DNA from: Chrysomallon squamiferum | Taxonomy: Eukaryota; Animalia; Mollusca | Reading direction: 5' to 3' | Assembly: GCA_012295275.1 (NCBI GenBank) | Contig: CM022679.1 | Coordinates: 11,222,001-11,286,000, forward strand | Length of the DNA: 64,000 nt | Shown here: positions 1 through 27,300 of the stretch, piece by piece | Layout of the letters: every line of letters begins with the position of its first letter | How positions within the stretch are numbered: the first letter of the stretch is position 1 | Program-made: the position numbers and the translations under genes | The notes under the pieces: model-generated | Databases searched by the model: none | Told to the model about the DNA's origin: nothing | Seen by the model: the letters and a program-made list of their open reading frames with translations, nothing else

Positions 1-286
1 AAAATGACAATACTTTGGACTAATATGGACTATTTGTTTGTTTTTTTTTTTATGTTAACTGAAAATTTTTTATTTTATAAAGAGTTGATTTTAGAATATT
101 TCTTTAAAATGTAAAAACAACAACAAAAATAAATAAATAAAAATAAATAAACAAATAAAATAAAATAAAATAATGAATTTATAACATATAACATATTTAA
201 ATTTTAATATTTAAATAGATATATATGTTTTAAATATCTTCAAATAATTCATAATTAGTATGAAAATGGGCATCTAAATAAATTCA

Positions 287-14587
<14,301 letters not shown>

Positions 14588-15169
14588 GTTCGTTAGACTG
14601 ATTCTCAACTCCGAATGAACATATTTTTCTGTACAATACGCTTTTGATAGCTAGATGATAGTGGTGGCCTAGACCTTTCATTCGTAAAGTTCCGTCAAAA
14701 TCGAAACTCGTACGTTGTATTACAATTGACAATTATCTTTTGTACTGGTACAATGTTTAAGTGATTTAGTATGGTGTTACTTTAAATTATTTGACAAAAC
14801 ATCTGCTGTTACCTTAATAGTATCATGTCGACTCGTTCTAAAAAAAAATAATAATAATAATAAAAAAAAAAAAATTAAATTAAAAAAAAAGAAAGAAAGA
14901 AAGAAAATTGCAGAAATTACTTTTTAAATAACAACAGAGGAATGCACTAATTAGCATCAGTAATTATTCATAATTAGTTTGATTCCAGAATCGACCGTAT
15001 AAATGGTCAATTTACTTAATTTTCCAATCCATCTTACTTTAAGGTGTGAAGAAATGTACTTATATTAAGGTGGGGCAAATAACTGCTTTTTAAAATATAT
15101 TGATAATTATGTAACGGTTGTGGCTGATAACATGATATATAATAATATATATAGTAACCTGTATGTTAC

Positions 15170-17750
15170 TCACCTAATCAACCTGTTCAGACTGGGTATC
15201 TGAAGATGTTACAGTAGATGTTATAGGTGGTGTCTCTTTAATGATTGTATATTTTGAATCTAATATCTGTGATCCGTGGACATTTTTCTGAGATGATTCC
15301 CTATCCAAAGGTTCTAGTATGTAAACATAACCATCCACACTGGGTTCAGCAATCACAGTATGTCTATCCTGGTGATAGTTTCTGATAGAAATTGGTTGAA
15401 TTGGCATTTCTTTGCAATGCCTCAAATTCAAATTTGGTGCCTGCCAATTAAAATGATTCACGCATTCAGTGATAACGAAGGGCTATCCATTCATCAACAT
15501 CTTGCATCTACTTTTTCTTCCTGAGTATCATCCAAAAGTTTATCAAACAATAATTTTGTTTCTTGTCCAAAAATAGAAAATATGGAGAGTACCAAGTTGA
15601 TGACTGTCGAGTTGCACTGTAGGCGTAACCCAGTTTTGGAAGATATTTTAGCTTATGTTTCTTCTGGGATGGATTCAATGTTCGAAACAATTTGTGCATG
15701 GTGCGACTGAATCGTTCAGCTTGTGTATTACCATGTGGATTTTAAGGCGTTGTCCTTATATTCTTTATCCCATACCATATCAAAATTCTGGCCTTGATCA
15801 CTATGGATTCTCTTCGAAATATTACAGCGTTCAAAACATTCTTTGACAAGGACTTCAGCAACTGTTCGAGATTTTTTGTCTCTAGTTAGTATTGCCTTAG
15901 TAAATTTGGTGAAAACATCTGTAAGAACTAAGATATTGTCACGTCCATCAGTTGCAGGCTAAGGACTGTGAAATCAGTAACAAGTACTTCCAAAGGTCTC
16001 TTAGCCAGAAAACTTCCCATTGTTGGACGAATTTGTGGTTTTGATTTCTCCAGAAAAACTATGACCTTTGTGGCAGTACTTTTCCACATCCACAGTCATA
16101 TTTGGCTAGAAACATCTTTTTTTATACAAATGAAAGTGTTCGCTCATACCATTAATATGTTTATAATATAACTTTATCGTCTAATGCGTGCAAGGTTTTG
16201 TCACTTAATGAATAAGGTAAAATCAGCTGGTATGATATATTGCCCTCTTCTTGGATGACACAATACAACATGATCTCCAACTTATTTTCTCCCACTGACT
16301 CACCAAACCTATGACCAACCTAAATTCTTTTGTTAACTGATTAATGTAGTTTTATGATCGAACGTGAAGATCGTTTCGTGAATATGATGGCAGTGTTTGG
16401 ACACAGGATGGGGAGTAAGAGCATTAGACCGAGTTGTAAGACCAAAGATGGAAACATCCAAGCTGTTAATTTGAACCGTTACTTCTTGGTTCATCAGTTC
16501 CTCAAACCGGACTTGAGAACATTAGGAAGGACAGAACAGTTAGTTGATTCAGCCAGTTGATTCAGTTGCCCCAAGTTTGGCAGTTTTGAGATAAGATAGT
16601 GGCTTGTTGTCCTTGAAAACTACAAACTGCGAACCAAGCAAGTACTCATGGAACTTATCTGTAACTTCTATTTTTAGAGGCATGAGCTCAAGTTTTATTG
16701 AGCTATAGTTTGCTTCATTGCTCTTGGCAGGGTTTAGGCTTCGGTTGGCATAAGAAATAAACACTAGTCAACCATCTAGTAACTGCCAATCCAAGAAATG
16801 ACCTCAATTCAGTTTCTCTTGCTGGTATTTTCCAATCTTTGACAAATGTAATCGTATCAGGGTCAGTAGAAATGCATGACTCTGAAATAACATGGCCTAG
16901 AAACTCCACCTCTTTTTTGAACAAATGACATTTCGCAGGCTTCACTTAGAGATCAAATTTCCGTATCCATATCTAGTTTTTTGGATCATTTCACCAAAGG
17001 TGAGTCCAAATACTAGCATATCGTCTAGATAAAATATCAGAGACTGAAGATTTTGGTTCTCTTGTCAAGCCTGCATTAGCCTTGAAAAAGTAGCTGGTGC
17101 TTTACACAAACCCATGGGTATCCTGGTATATTCAAAAAGGAAATCACCACATATTCTTCGCTTCCCACTGGACTTTATCCCCAATATCCAACGGGTTAAA
17201 AACTAAATCATCGCTGGAGACATTTCCATACTTTGAGTCGCAGCTCTCCAATCTTACACTGACTGGCTCACATGGCAAATTTTGAATTACTGTGCCAATG
17301 CTCATTCCAACTATGGTGCGCGACTGCAAATAAATTCGTGATTTCAGTAGTAGCCAATCTATTTGCCACTGTACTGTAACCAACTTGGGACTGGAAACAA
17401 CTCCGTTTGGAAAATCGCTATCTGCCACTGAAAGACAATTCAGTTCTCTGAATGTCTCTTGGCACCTCCTTGTTGAACCAGTAATGATTTGCCGGGATCC
17501 CTCTGGGATTCGAACATATTTCTAACCAGCAACCCGGACGTACCCCATATGTTTTCAGAACTACCAGTGTTAGATATTCCAGACACTGAAATCTGCCAAA
17601 ACCTGTATTAATTCTTTGTTAACCGCTTCCTGGGAAAATTTGATTAAGAAGTCAGGACCCATTTCCCGAGTCAGTCTCTGGTATATAAGCAGAATGTTAC
17701 TGCCTATTACTCCAGGTAGATGGCATTTCCTCAGAAACACTGGAGAATCG
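15170..17750 (-). mobile_element. Decayed Ty3/Gypsy LTR-retrotransposon pol remnant (RT-RNaseH-integrase), frameshifted, no recognisable LTRs
   Basis: Minus-strand fragments in RT-RH-INT order: FEYTRIPMGLCKAPATF and FYLDDMLVFG (~17140-17000); KPAKCHLFKKEVEFLGHVIS...ELRSFLGLA (16945-16785); ISYANRSL...NYSSIKLEL...FHEYLLGSQFVVFKDNKPLSYL (16764-16570); LEVLVTDFTV...NILVLTDVFTKF, SDQGQNF and AERFSRTMHKL...YAYSATRQSSTWYSPYFLF (16000-15570). Multiple stops and frameshifts. Confidence 0.92.
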
Positions 17751-17904
17751 TGGCTGTAACTGAAATTTAAATCTGGTCCATGTTTTGAAGAGGAAAGTCT
17801 TGGATTAGTTTGAAAATGGGGTTGATTCAGGAATACTAGCTGAAAATACTAGTTACTGTCAGATGAATAACGGAAGAATTTACTAACAAAGAATAACAAC
17901 AAAA

Positions 17905-20900
17905 ATGGCAGAAAGCGGGACTTTCAAGAAGGTGTTTTATTTAATTCGCTTCATTAATTTATTAATTTAACTTACTTTTATAATATAATAGTACAAGATG
18001 AGAAATTGATATATATTTTTTACTCTCCTAGAGTTGATTATTGGTATATTTAAGACCATAACCCTAAAATAATGAATTAAACAATCTAATCTAACGTTCA
18101 AGACGTGGTTCGTCAAATCTGACGGTCAATTATTTAAATTATTAATATATGATTATATCATATATGAATTAATAAGAATGCTGGTTTGTTTTACTACTGC
18201 TGCGAGGGTAAAGATTAAATGATAATCATTATGAAATAAAAATAAGTGATATAACAGTGTTTTATACTATATTGTTTTTTCTTTTTCATTATTTGTAATT
18301 ATCCTGCTGGTTTACAGTGGTTACTACTTACTAGTACTAGTAGTATAGTACTATCATAATTATCTAGTTAACACTTGGCAAATTGTGGTTAGTATGTTAA
18401 GATATGACAGATGGGGTGACATATTTTGTTGGCAAATCTATTTACTGCACATACATAAAACAAATGATTGTTAGACATTTTACAACATTAATTTGACTTG
18501 CGTATTAATTATAATTAAATTATGTGAAATTTTGTACTATAATTGAGTATAAATAATACTGTGTGATTTATCAAGCTTTAAATTTGATCATTATCACATT
18601 GCTCCTGTTTTCACATTCATGTGGACACACATTGAATGATGCCATATTGTATTTAGCCAAAAGTCTAAAATATGATTTTATGCCAATTATGTCATTTTAG
18701 TAAGGATAAATATAAGCACATAGAAGGCCTGAGTATAAATTGAAAAGATAATAATATCAACAACTGGCATCTTCATCTTTTTCAGAGTATCTATATTTTG
18801 TAGTAATAATTTCTTTTATATGCTGCAGTTCTTATGTGTGCTAATTCATTAAAAACAGAGGTAAAATGATGAATGGGAGTTAGATATGGAACAACCTCAG
18901 CTTTGGTAATTCATCAAGCACAATATCTGTGAGAATCATTTTGAACCACATCAATATATTCTATGTTATCTTTTTATTTTAATGAACAAATTATACTTTA
19001 AAATTTGTTTTTATGTTAGTATCATATATAAAATTGATAAGTAATTTTTTTTTTTTTTTTTGTCAGCAAACTGTGCAAAGTTTGATGCAGACGAATTTCA
19101 AGGATGAGAAGACAAAAGGTATTGGTGTTGTTAGAGCAAAATATTTCAGCATGTGTACAATACATATATATTATATCTGAATGTCATTCAGATACAGATT
19201 TTAGAATATCTTTTCACAGTAATATAAAATAGATCAATACATATACATGTATACATATTGTAATAAACACACAACATATATAGAAGTACATACTTTGATG
19301 TTCATAGTGAAAATCTGTTTTAAACATTTGGAATTTCAAACATTGTATTTTGACAGTGCATCCTGATGCTATTTTCCTTTTCACTGAGGTGCTAAGGGTT
19401 TTTGTTGCAGGTGAGTCCTAGAATTATTTATTTATGTTGTACTTATTTCAGTTCCATGTAATCATTTTATAAGTATGGATCTGTCTCCAGAGTTCATGCA
19501 GAATTAAACAGACCTTAAATTTGAAAGTGCCTTATGTTTTTAAGATGTCTGCATAAATGAATGGTCCCAAAATCATATTAAAATGACTATATTTTACAGC
19601 AAATCTGTTTTTTAATCCTGATATAATTTAATTAACACTTTTACTATAATTGGCTAAGAACTGATCTCAAGGATACTGAATAAATTGGATTTAACTGTTT
19701 TTCATTATTTTTTTTTATTTTTTTATATCTATTTTTATTTTTATTTTTTTTCATTATTTTTTTATTATTTTTTGTAATTGGGAAATTTATATTTTATTTT
19801 TAGAAGGAGCATCAAGAGCAGCTAATCAAGCTAAGGTATGCAGTGCATTAATTTCACAAATATATTAATATATAACAGATATAAAATATGTTTTGTTTTA
19901 CAAACTGATTAATCATGAAACTGATGAAATACACTTTGATACTCAGTACTAGCTTCTAATACAGTGATATAATCATTAATATAATCTATTGTATCTATAA
20001 TCTAAAATAGTGGGGTTAGTAAACATGAGTTTTAATTAATCATTAGGCAGTTAATTGTGAAGATAAAAATAAAATATTATAGTTAACAGTAAGGCATATT
20101 ACATATAATACAATCATTAAACTGATGCTTATTTTTATAGTTTCTCTCTTTTTTCTCTCTCTTATCTCTGTTTCTTTCTTAACTATGAACTTTTAGATCG
20201 AATTACAGTTTTTAGAGGATTCAGATTTAAGTATTTTTATTAATATTCATAGTCATTTAGTTTTTGTTTTAATTAAAATTATTAAACCTTTTAGATCCAA
20301 TTACAATTTACAAAGGGTTCAGATTTAACTAATATATTCAGGCTCGTGTAAGCAAAAAGAATCAGTTCTTTTATGTTTTTATTATTATTAATTCTAAATT
20401 TCAACTTTGTAATTATAGATTTAAGTAAAATTAATTTACATTTTTTTTTTTTTTACATTGTATAACAAATTTATAAAATTGGCTTTTGAAATCATATTAT
20501 ATTTTAGATTGAAGGATCAAAAGAAGTTGGCATTGATCATTTTGAAAAAATCTTACCTCAACTGGTAAATGCAGACAAATTTACTTTTGTTTAATAACAA
20601 AATTAATTAAAAATATGATTTACTTCTAAACCTTTAAGCTAAATATCTTCATAAAAATAAATAAATAAAGTTATGAAATCACTCTAAATTAGCCCAAATA
20701 TCCTCTGGCAGAGAAGCTCAGACATACATTTGGATGGATGTTGCTGGTTCTTCATCAGAAACAGGTCTACATCATTTTTTCGCTAATCTTTGCCCCTTGT
20801 GTGCTTTGCACTGAAAAGCTTTCATGTGTTTTTCACATGATTGATATGTCTCTATTTAGGTCAGTTCAAACATGTTCGAAGATTTCTGAGTCAGTGATTT

Positions 20901-21448
20901 TATGATAGGGTTCTTGGGTTTCTTCTTGTAGCATGTATATTAAAAGTAAATGGTATTTTTTTATGATGGCAGTGAACTCAAAAATGGCCGATCTAAAGGA
21001 ATGTAATGCTAAAATTATTGTTAAATGACTATACTAGCCAGAATTGTTGCCAAAAATGATACAGACCTAGCTATGGCAGAGAACCATTGATATCCATCCA
21101 AATGTCCATCTGAGTTGTTCTCTGCCAGAGGATATTAGGGCTAACTTTAAATGTGCCTTTGACTAATGTAGTATCTGTTTTGTGTATGACAGACAGAATA
21201 AACCAAGTAAAGTGGATTTTAAAATCTCTTCAAGCAAGGATAACCAGGTCAAAGCTTGTTATATAAGTAGAAGCAGCAAAAATAACCTTCATAGTAATTT
21301 CTAAGTCAAATTATGTTTTTTCAGTTGATTTGAACTCTACTACATTTATATATCTATTATTGTATTAACAGCTTTTTTAAGCAAATATGTTGATTTTATT
21401 TCTTATCTTTTTTTTTCCTTTTTTTTTCTTCAGCTTTTGGATATATGA
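17905..21448 (+). CDS. CENPX: Centromere protein X (CENP-X/MHF2/STRA13), histone-fold protein, 78 aa, 6 coding exons
   Basis: Exons 17905-17931, 19067-19118, 19357-19410, 19804-19835, 20508-20564 and 21434-21448 are all GT-AG with consistent phases (237 nt). Protein: MAESGTFKKQTVQSLMQTNFKDEKTKVHPDAIFLFTEVLRVFVAEGASRAANQAKIEGSKEVGIDHFEKILPQLLLDI. The F-D-KTK, FV-E--RA--QA and EKILPQLLLD motifs are typical of CENP-X. Not in the ORF track because the exons are tiny. Confidence 0.94.
20685..21149. mobile_element. MITE with ~70-bp imperfect terminal inverted repeats in CENPX intron 5
   Basis: The left end taaattagcccaaatatcctctggcagagaagctcagacatacatttggatggatgttgctggttct matches the reverse complement of the right end, taaagttagccctaatatcctctggcagagaacaactcagatggacatttggatggatatcaatggttct. 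No coding capacity. Confidence 0.8.
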
Positions 21449-22272
21449 AAAGAGTATATTCCCGGATCAAATTTCTGTATGAAAGTAACTGACATGGAGT
21501 TACGTGGTTACACAGCGAAACAGTACAAAAAGAAGACTATCATGTTATAGAATCACAATTACTAATTCTGCAATCATTGTGTATTTATATATCCATTTTT
21601 AAAACATATTATTCATTTTCAAATTGATTTCTGTGTTAACATGTGCACAGACACATGCATGCACGCACACACACAGACGCACACAGTTGTACAAATACAG
21701 TTTGGTGAAATCAAAATAGATATACTGTTGTTGATAATTTCTGGTTAATAAACCAAATTTGAAATAGATTTACTGTTGTTGATATCTTCAGGTTAATAAA
21801 CTTAAATTAGACTTAAAGATGCTTCATCAGCTATTTCAATTTTGAGTTGCAACTTACAGAATCATTGTGTCGCTCGAAGGCATATTGGTGAATTCAAGGT
21901 TATTTATATATATATATAGTGATCTGATTTAAGTGAATGGAGAAGTGAATTTTTTATATGATTATGTGAAATACAGAGTGCCATAGAAAATGCAGCACTA
22001 ACTCCAGCATCAATTAATCTGTGAAAAATATACAAATTCTATTCAGGCTCTGCATTAATAAAATGATACTATTCTGAGATTAATTTCATAGCAGGCAGAA
22101 TTTCTAGTAATGTAGTACAAAATGTCAATATCAGGTCTGGTCACCAAGGGCATCCAGCATGGCAGCAAGGCAACATCTCAGCTGGAGCAGTTGTTGAAGC
22201 ATGCAAGCAGGGGTTTGTATCCAGAGTAATCATCCCATAGCATTGCAAACATGTTGCATAGCAGCATCGTCA

Positions 22273-23527
22273 CATGACAGAGATGACGATGGGAGAACAT
22301 TGATGTGGTAATTGAAATCTGTTCTGCTGGTAAGATGGGCAGATTTGATGATCTTGGTCGAGGATAGTGACAGATGGACCAGGGTGAAGATGTTGCAGTC
22401 TTATAATCTTAGATTTGTGAATCTTCAGACCACATTCCTCACCAACACGCTGACTTTAAGACATCTTTATATAACTTCCAGAATGACAGAAAGTTGTAGC
22501 ATCATGAACAGATTCCTGTTAACTGAGGTTGATCATAACGTGAATCTGATAATTCAGTTACATTTATCTATATCAGTAGAACTGAGTACTAGTTTCATAG
22601 ATTTTCAAATATTCTGTTCCCAGGCAATAACATGCTTCAGCACATGCACAAAGTATGTTTTGACATGATCTTCCATCCAGTTGCACATGTATCTCAAAAA
22701 AAAAAAAATGGCCAAATAAATGAGTGCTGCATTTTTTTATTGGCTGATACTTCATAACTATTACTGTAAAAAAATGGAGAAAAAAAATATTCTTGCAGCA
22801 TTTATATGCTGACTACAGAAGAAAAAGTCATGTCATAGCTACTGCATCTATATAAAGTCTTTGAATCTCAACCTTACAGGTTAGAAAAGATTAAAACAAT
22901 GTTTATAGGGTGTTCATTAGCACCACTGCAGGAACATTTTAAACAGATTCTGGATTCCACCCTTTAAATCTCTGAAATCGTCAGTATTTCTCATAAATGC
23001 CATGGACTGATAATTTTAAAAATTATCATTTATCTTTTCAGTTATTGTTTAAATATAAATTATATTTTGGTTAATTAGCTTCAGACTGGTTATTTAATGA
23101 ATTAAAATTTCATTTCAAAATATATTCTTTGAAAAAACAAAAAAAGAAAATTTAAAAAAAAAAAAATTCTGTGATAATAAGAACAATATGTTGTTTTGTT
23201 TTTTTTATGGTTTTTTATGTCGTTTTTTTTTACTGATATAGATAAACGTAACAGATTCACGTTATGATCAACCTCAGGTAACAGGAATCTGTTCATGATG
23301 CTACAACTTTCTGGCATTCTGGAAGTTATATAAAGATGTCTTAAAGTCAGCGTGTTGGTGAGGAATGTGGTCTGAAGATTCACAAATCTAAGATTATAAG
23401 ACTGCAACATCTTCACCCTGGTCCATCTGTCACTATCCTCCACGAAGATCATCAAATCTGCCCATCTTACCTGCAGAACAGATTTCAACTACCACATCAA
23501 TGTTCTCCTATAGTCATCTCTGTCATG
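22273..23527. repeat. Long inverted repeat: ~300-bp arms (22273-22578 and 23231-23527) with ~650-bp spacer
   Basis: The arms are near-identical reverse complements. The ORF track gives almost the same peptide on opposite strands (22312 + and 23488 -). Confidence 0.92.
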
Positions 23528-24333
23528 TTTTTTTGTTGGGTTTTTTAGCACATTAAAGCTGTAGCATTCATTTAAGTTAATTGCCTATTTTTCGTCTGGT
23601 TAAAATCAATGGAATTTATCAAGCAGTTTTTGTCCAGAACTGATTTTGCCAGAAAACATGTCCTAACACTTATGGTCATCAGGTATGTTACTGATAATGT
23701 GGTCTTTGGAACACACTCAACTCATTCTGCCAGTTCATTTTCCTCTCGAGTTAAACCAGAGGAGAAGAAGATATTGATGATGAATATAACACAATCATAG
23801 CTGAGCACACCTTTGTGATCTGCTTCGGTATGTCTTAAAGTTTTGTAAAACCTTTGAGGATGGTCAAAAGCCAGACTTTTCGTCGATGTACAAAATCAGA
23901 ATGTATATAGAATTGCATAGAACAACTGATATTCTTTCATTTTTTCCTCACTGATATTTTAATTATAATCATTTCAAAGAAAAAAGCATCAGGCAGGTTT
24001 TGAAAAAGTCTTGAACAATACAAATCTTTCACCATCCTGTGTTATGGCAGTTAGCTGAAAAATAAAACGGTCAGTAAATGTGCTCTTACAAGCAAGTTCA
24101 GTTCTTGATTGAAAGATGCCATAAAACGAAATTTAATAAAGAATGTGATTGCTGTGAAATTGTAACGTGCCGTGGACATGTGTTGTTATTTAAAAGAGTA
24201 TTTCTATTTGTTCCGGTATTTTTAAATACTCAAGAAAGATTAAATATTTAGATAGCGCTACTGCCTTTCCCAGTTAATGACGCGATTAAACATGAGATTG
24301 TCACGGCAACAAGATATTCAGACCAATGCATAG

Positions 24334-27300
24334 ATGGTGCGTGAACAACAGATCAGATATACAGATGAGGACATAGGATTGTCAGAACACTCAAAACAGT
24401 TACAGCTGACAAGTCCTGCCATGGAATCCTTAAACCTATCTATCTTGCAAAATGTGGAACAGAATCAAACCAAAAGCCACGTCATGAAAATGCACCAGAC
24501 AATGATATACATGTATGTCTTCTCTTCAGTACTCGCCATTGTGGGCAATGTTTTTGTCATCATTGTCCTTCTACGATCATTTCACCGACGCTTGAGCCTC
24601 TCTAGCTACAAATTGAATCTCGCCGTGTCAGACTTGTGCATTATCATTTTTTGTGTACCTTTTACCTCCTTCCAGGAAGAATTTGGACACTGGATCTTCG
24701 GCACTCTGATGTGTCCACTGATTCTCTTTCTGCAGCTATGCTGCGTCTGCTGCAGTGCCTACACCAATGTCGCTATTGGATTTGACAGGTAACATATAAC
24801 GTGGTCTTCAAAAGTGTTGTCATTTTGATGTCTTAAAAATAAATTTTTGGGCATCTTTAAAGGATAGCACTAAATCATCTTAAGGATTTCATATTTATAA
24901 AAATCTTCGTAAGCATCAACAGCTTTAAGCGAATTTCCGATTCCCCACCTTTCCTTAAAACGGTCATTCAGTTTCTCATTATCCTCGTGTCTAAGCTGCT
25001 CGGCAAAGTCTCGTGTTTTTTGAATTAGCATTTCACCATCGAAATTCCTTTACTTGAATCGAGATGCTCACCCTTCTCGATGGCCGCGATCATTTTAGAT
25101 TTGTTTTTTTAAAAATACATTTAATGTTGTGAGGGGAATCTTGAATCTCTGCGCTGGCAGACACTTTTTCTGGCCAGGATTGGCTTCACAATGCTTAATT
25201 ATTTCATACTTCTCCTTATAAGTCTTAGTTATTAGCCGTCTCTTTCGGCAATCGCCATTTTGTACACTTAAAAAAGTTATTATCGTGAGCGTCGCTTTGT
25301 AAAATAATATGTTAATTCAATGCACCAATACACGAGGCAAGCCTCGTGCATATCAGTATACCAACGCTCAGCTCTCGTCTACATCCATGCCAATAACTTG
25401 TGATAGCGGGTAAATTGTGCGAGACTGTTTCGAGGAATTTTTCACTGACGACTTAGAGCTAGAAATTAAATGCGGTTTGAGTTAGATCGGTCCAAGCTCC
25501 AGGTGACTTAGATTTGATGACTTTAGACAGAGATATTTTTGGGAAAAAACGTTACAAAAAATCGGGACTTTCGCTACGGTGAGACTTAAATGCCTCGGCA
25601 TACTTTATCCTCTTGATTTTATTTGAAGTTTGATAACATGCCTCACCAGATGGACTGTGGACTTTCAATTGTTTCAAAAAACTTAAATAAAACTCAGAAT
25701 GGACTATATCAATGCCAAAACTATTGATTTCACCACCAAATATTGAGCGGCCATAATTTCCCCAAGTGATGGAGTAAAATAAAAGACATATTTCTTGCCT
25801 AATTACCACATATTAATCAAGTTTCTTCTGCTGAACTTAATAATTGATTATATGGTTACCTGTTATAACTTATCAAAAACCTTATGTCTATAGGACTAAA
25901 AAAATAGCACTCACTTTTGAAACCTGAAAAAGCAGTATTTTTACAACTTTGTCGTTTTCATTACTTTCATGGGTACTATAATTGACATGTGAATGGCTGA
26001 TTACCTGCATCCTTTGTTCTAATGAGAGATACGAAGGTTCTATTTATATCAACAAAGTTCCAGAAATCTGGACAGAGCAGAATAGCGGCTGCAAGTCACC
26101 TTACCTATACTTTTAAAATTATTATTCATTTTAATGTTTATAAAATTAAACCGTTACGTCTAATTATAAACTTCCATTAATACATTTTGATATTTAAAAA
26201 CCTCATAAAATATTAATATAGCTGTTGATGTGATGAAACAATCTTATTTTAATTCATAGCAGAATGGATTCGTTTTACGATTCACTTTGCGTCTCATTTA
26301 TTAGGCCAGTAACCCTTCTCATAAACCGAGACTTTATTTGTAAAACTTTATATTAACTTTACCTTTTATTTGCTTTTAGATTTTTAGCAGTTATTTACCC
26401 TCTAGAATCAAGGCCATATCTGAAAAACCGTTTACTGATCATCGTTCTTGTGTGGTTACTATCCAGTACCATTGCATGTCCAGTACTGATTGTTGCAAGG
26501 AGCGTGGAGTCCAAAGCAGGCAACCACAGCCAGCCATCATGCAACGAAATCTGGACAACTCGAACCCAGAAAAATATTTACACTCTGGCTGTCTTCGTCG
26601 TACTGTTCATTATTCCTACGGCATTCCTCTCTGTCACCTACAGCTGCGTTGTGTACACCCTGTGGAAACGAGACACACCCGGCAACGCCCACAAAGAACG
26701 CGACAGACGTCGTCTTGCATCAAAGAAAAAGGTAAGGAGGCTTAATAGTAGTTAATGGATGAGCCAAATAAACAAAAATAAAAATAAATAAATAAATAAA
26801 TAAATAAGGCTGGTGAGGACTGGAATTGCATTCAGAGCTATTTTACCTCATATATATTTATTAAATAATATTTTTTTTTTTTATTTATTTATTTATTTAT
26901 TTATATTTATTTATTTATTCATAACTTTTATTTTATTTTTTACAAAGCTCGTTTTGAAATGATGAATTTAGGTTAAAAAGGACCTCAGCCACAAGGCATT
27001 ATAATACCAAACACTTAAATTTTTTTAAATATTGTAACATTTAATGTACATCAATAATATTTTTTTTTTACAGAAGAATTTAGACAGATGTATAGATAAA
27101 AATGTATCTGTTTTATGATGTACAACAATTCATATGTGATATTATAAACATATAATCTTTCTATTGTTATTAGATCATAACAATGGTTATAAGCGTGGTG
27201 GTTATGTTCGTGACGTGCTGGTTACCGTGGCACCTCCTCAACATCGTCATCAGCCTGGAACCTGACGTCTTCGGAAAGCGTAATGCATACATTTTGGACC

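Noticed and set aside
15100-15170. tgtaac... at ~15110 as an LTR terminus of the Gypsy relic
   Set aside because: No matching second LTR, terminal inverted repeat or TSD was found at the other end.
22312-23488. Two near-identical ~120-aa ORFs on opposite strands
   Set aside because: They have TTG starts and no recognisable domain, and they diverge exactly at the arm boundary, so the inverted duplication explains them.
26452-26745. Overlapping alternative-frame ORFs in GPCR exon 2 (and 58813-59224 over CLEC16A)
   Set aside because: They are shadow frames of GC-richer true exons with no independent support.
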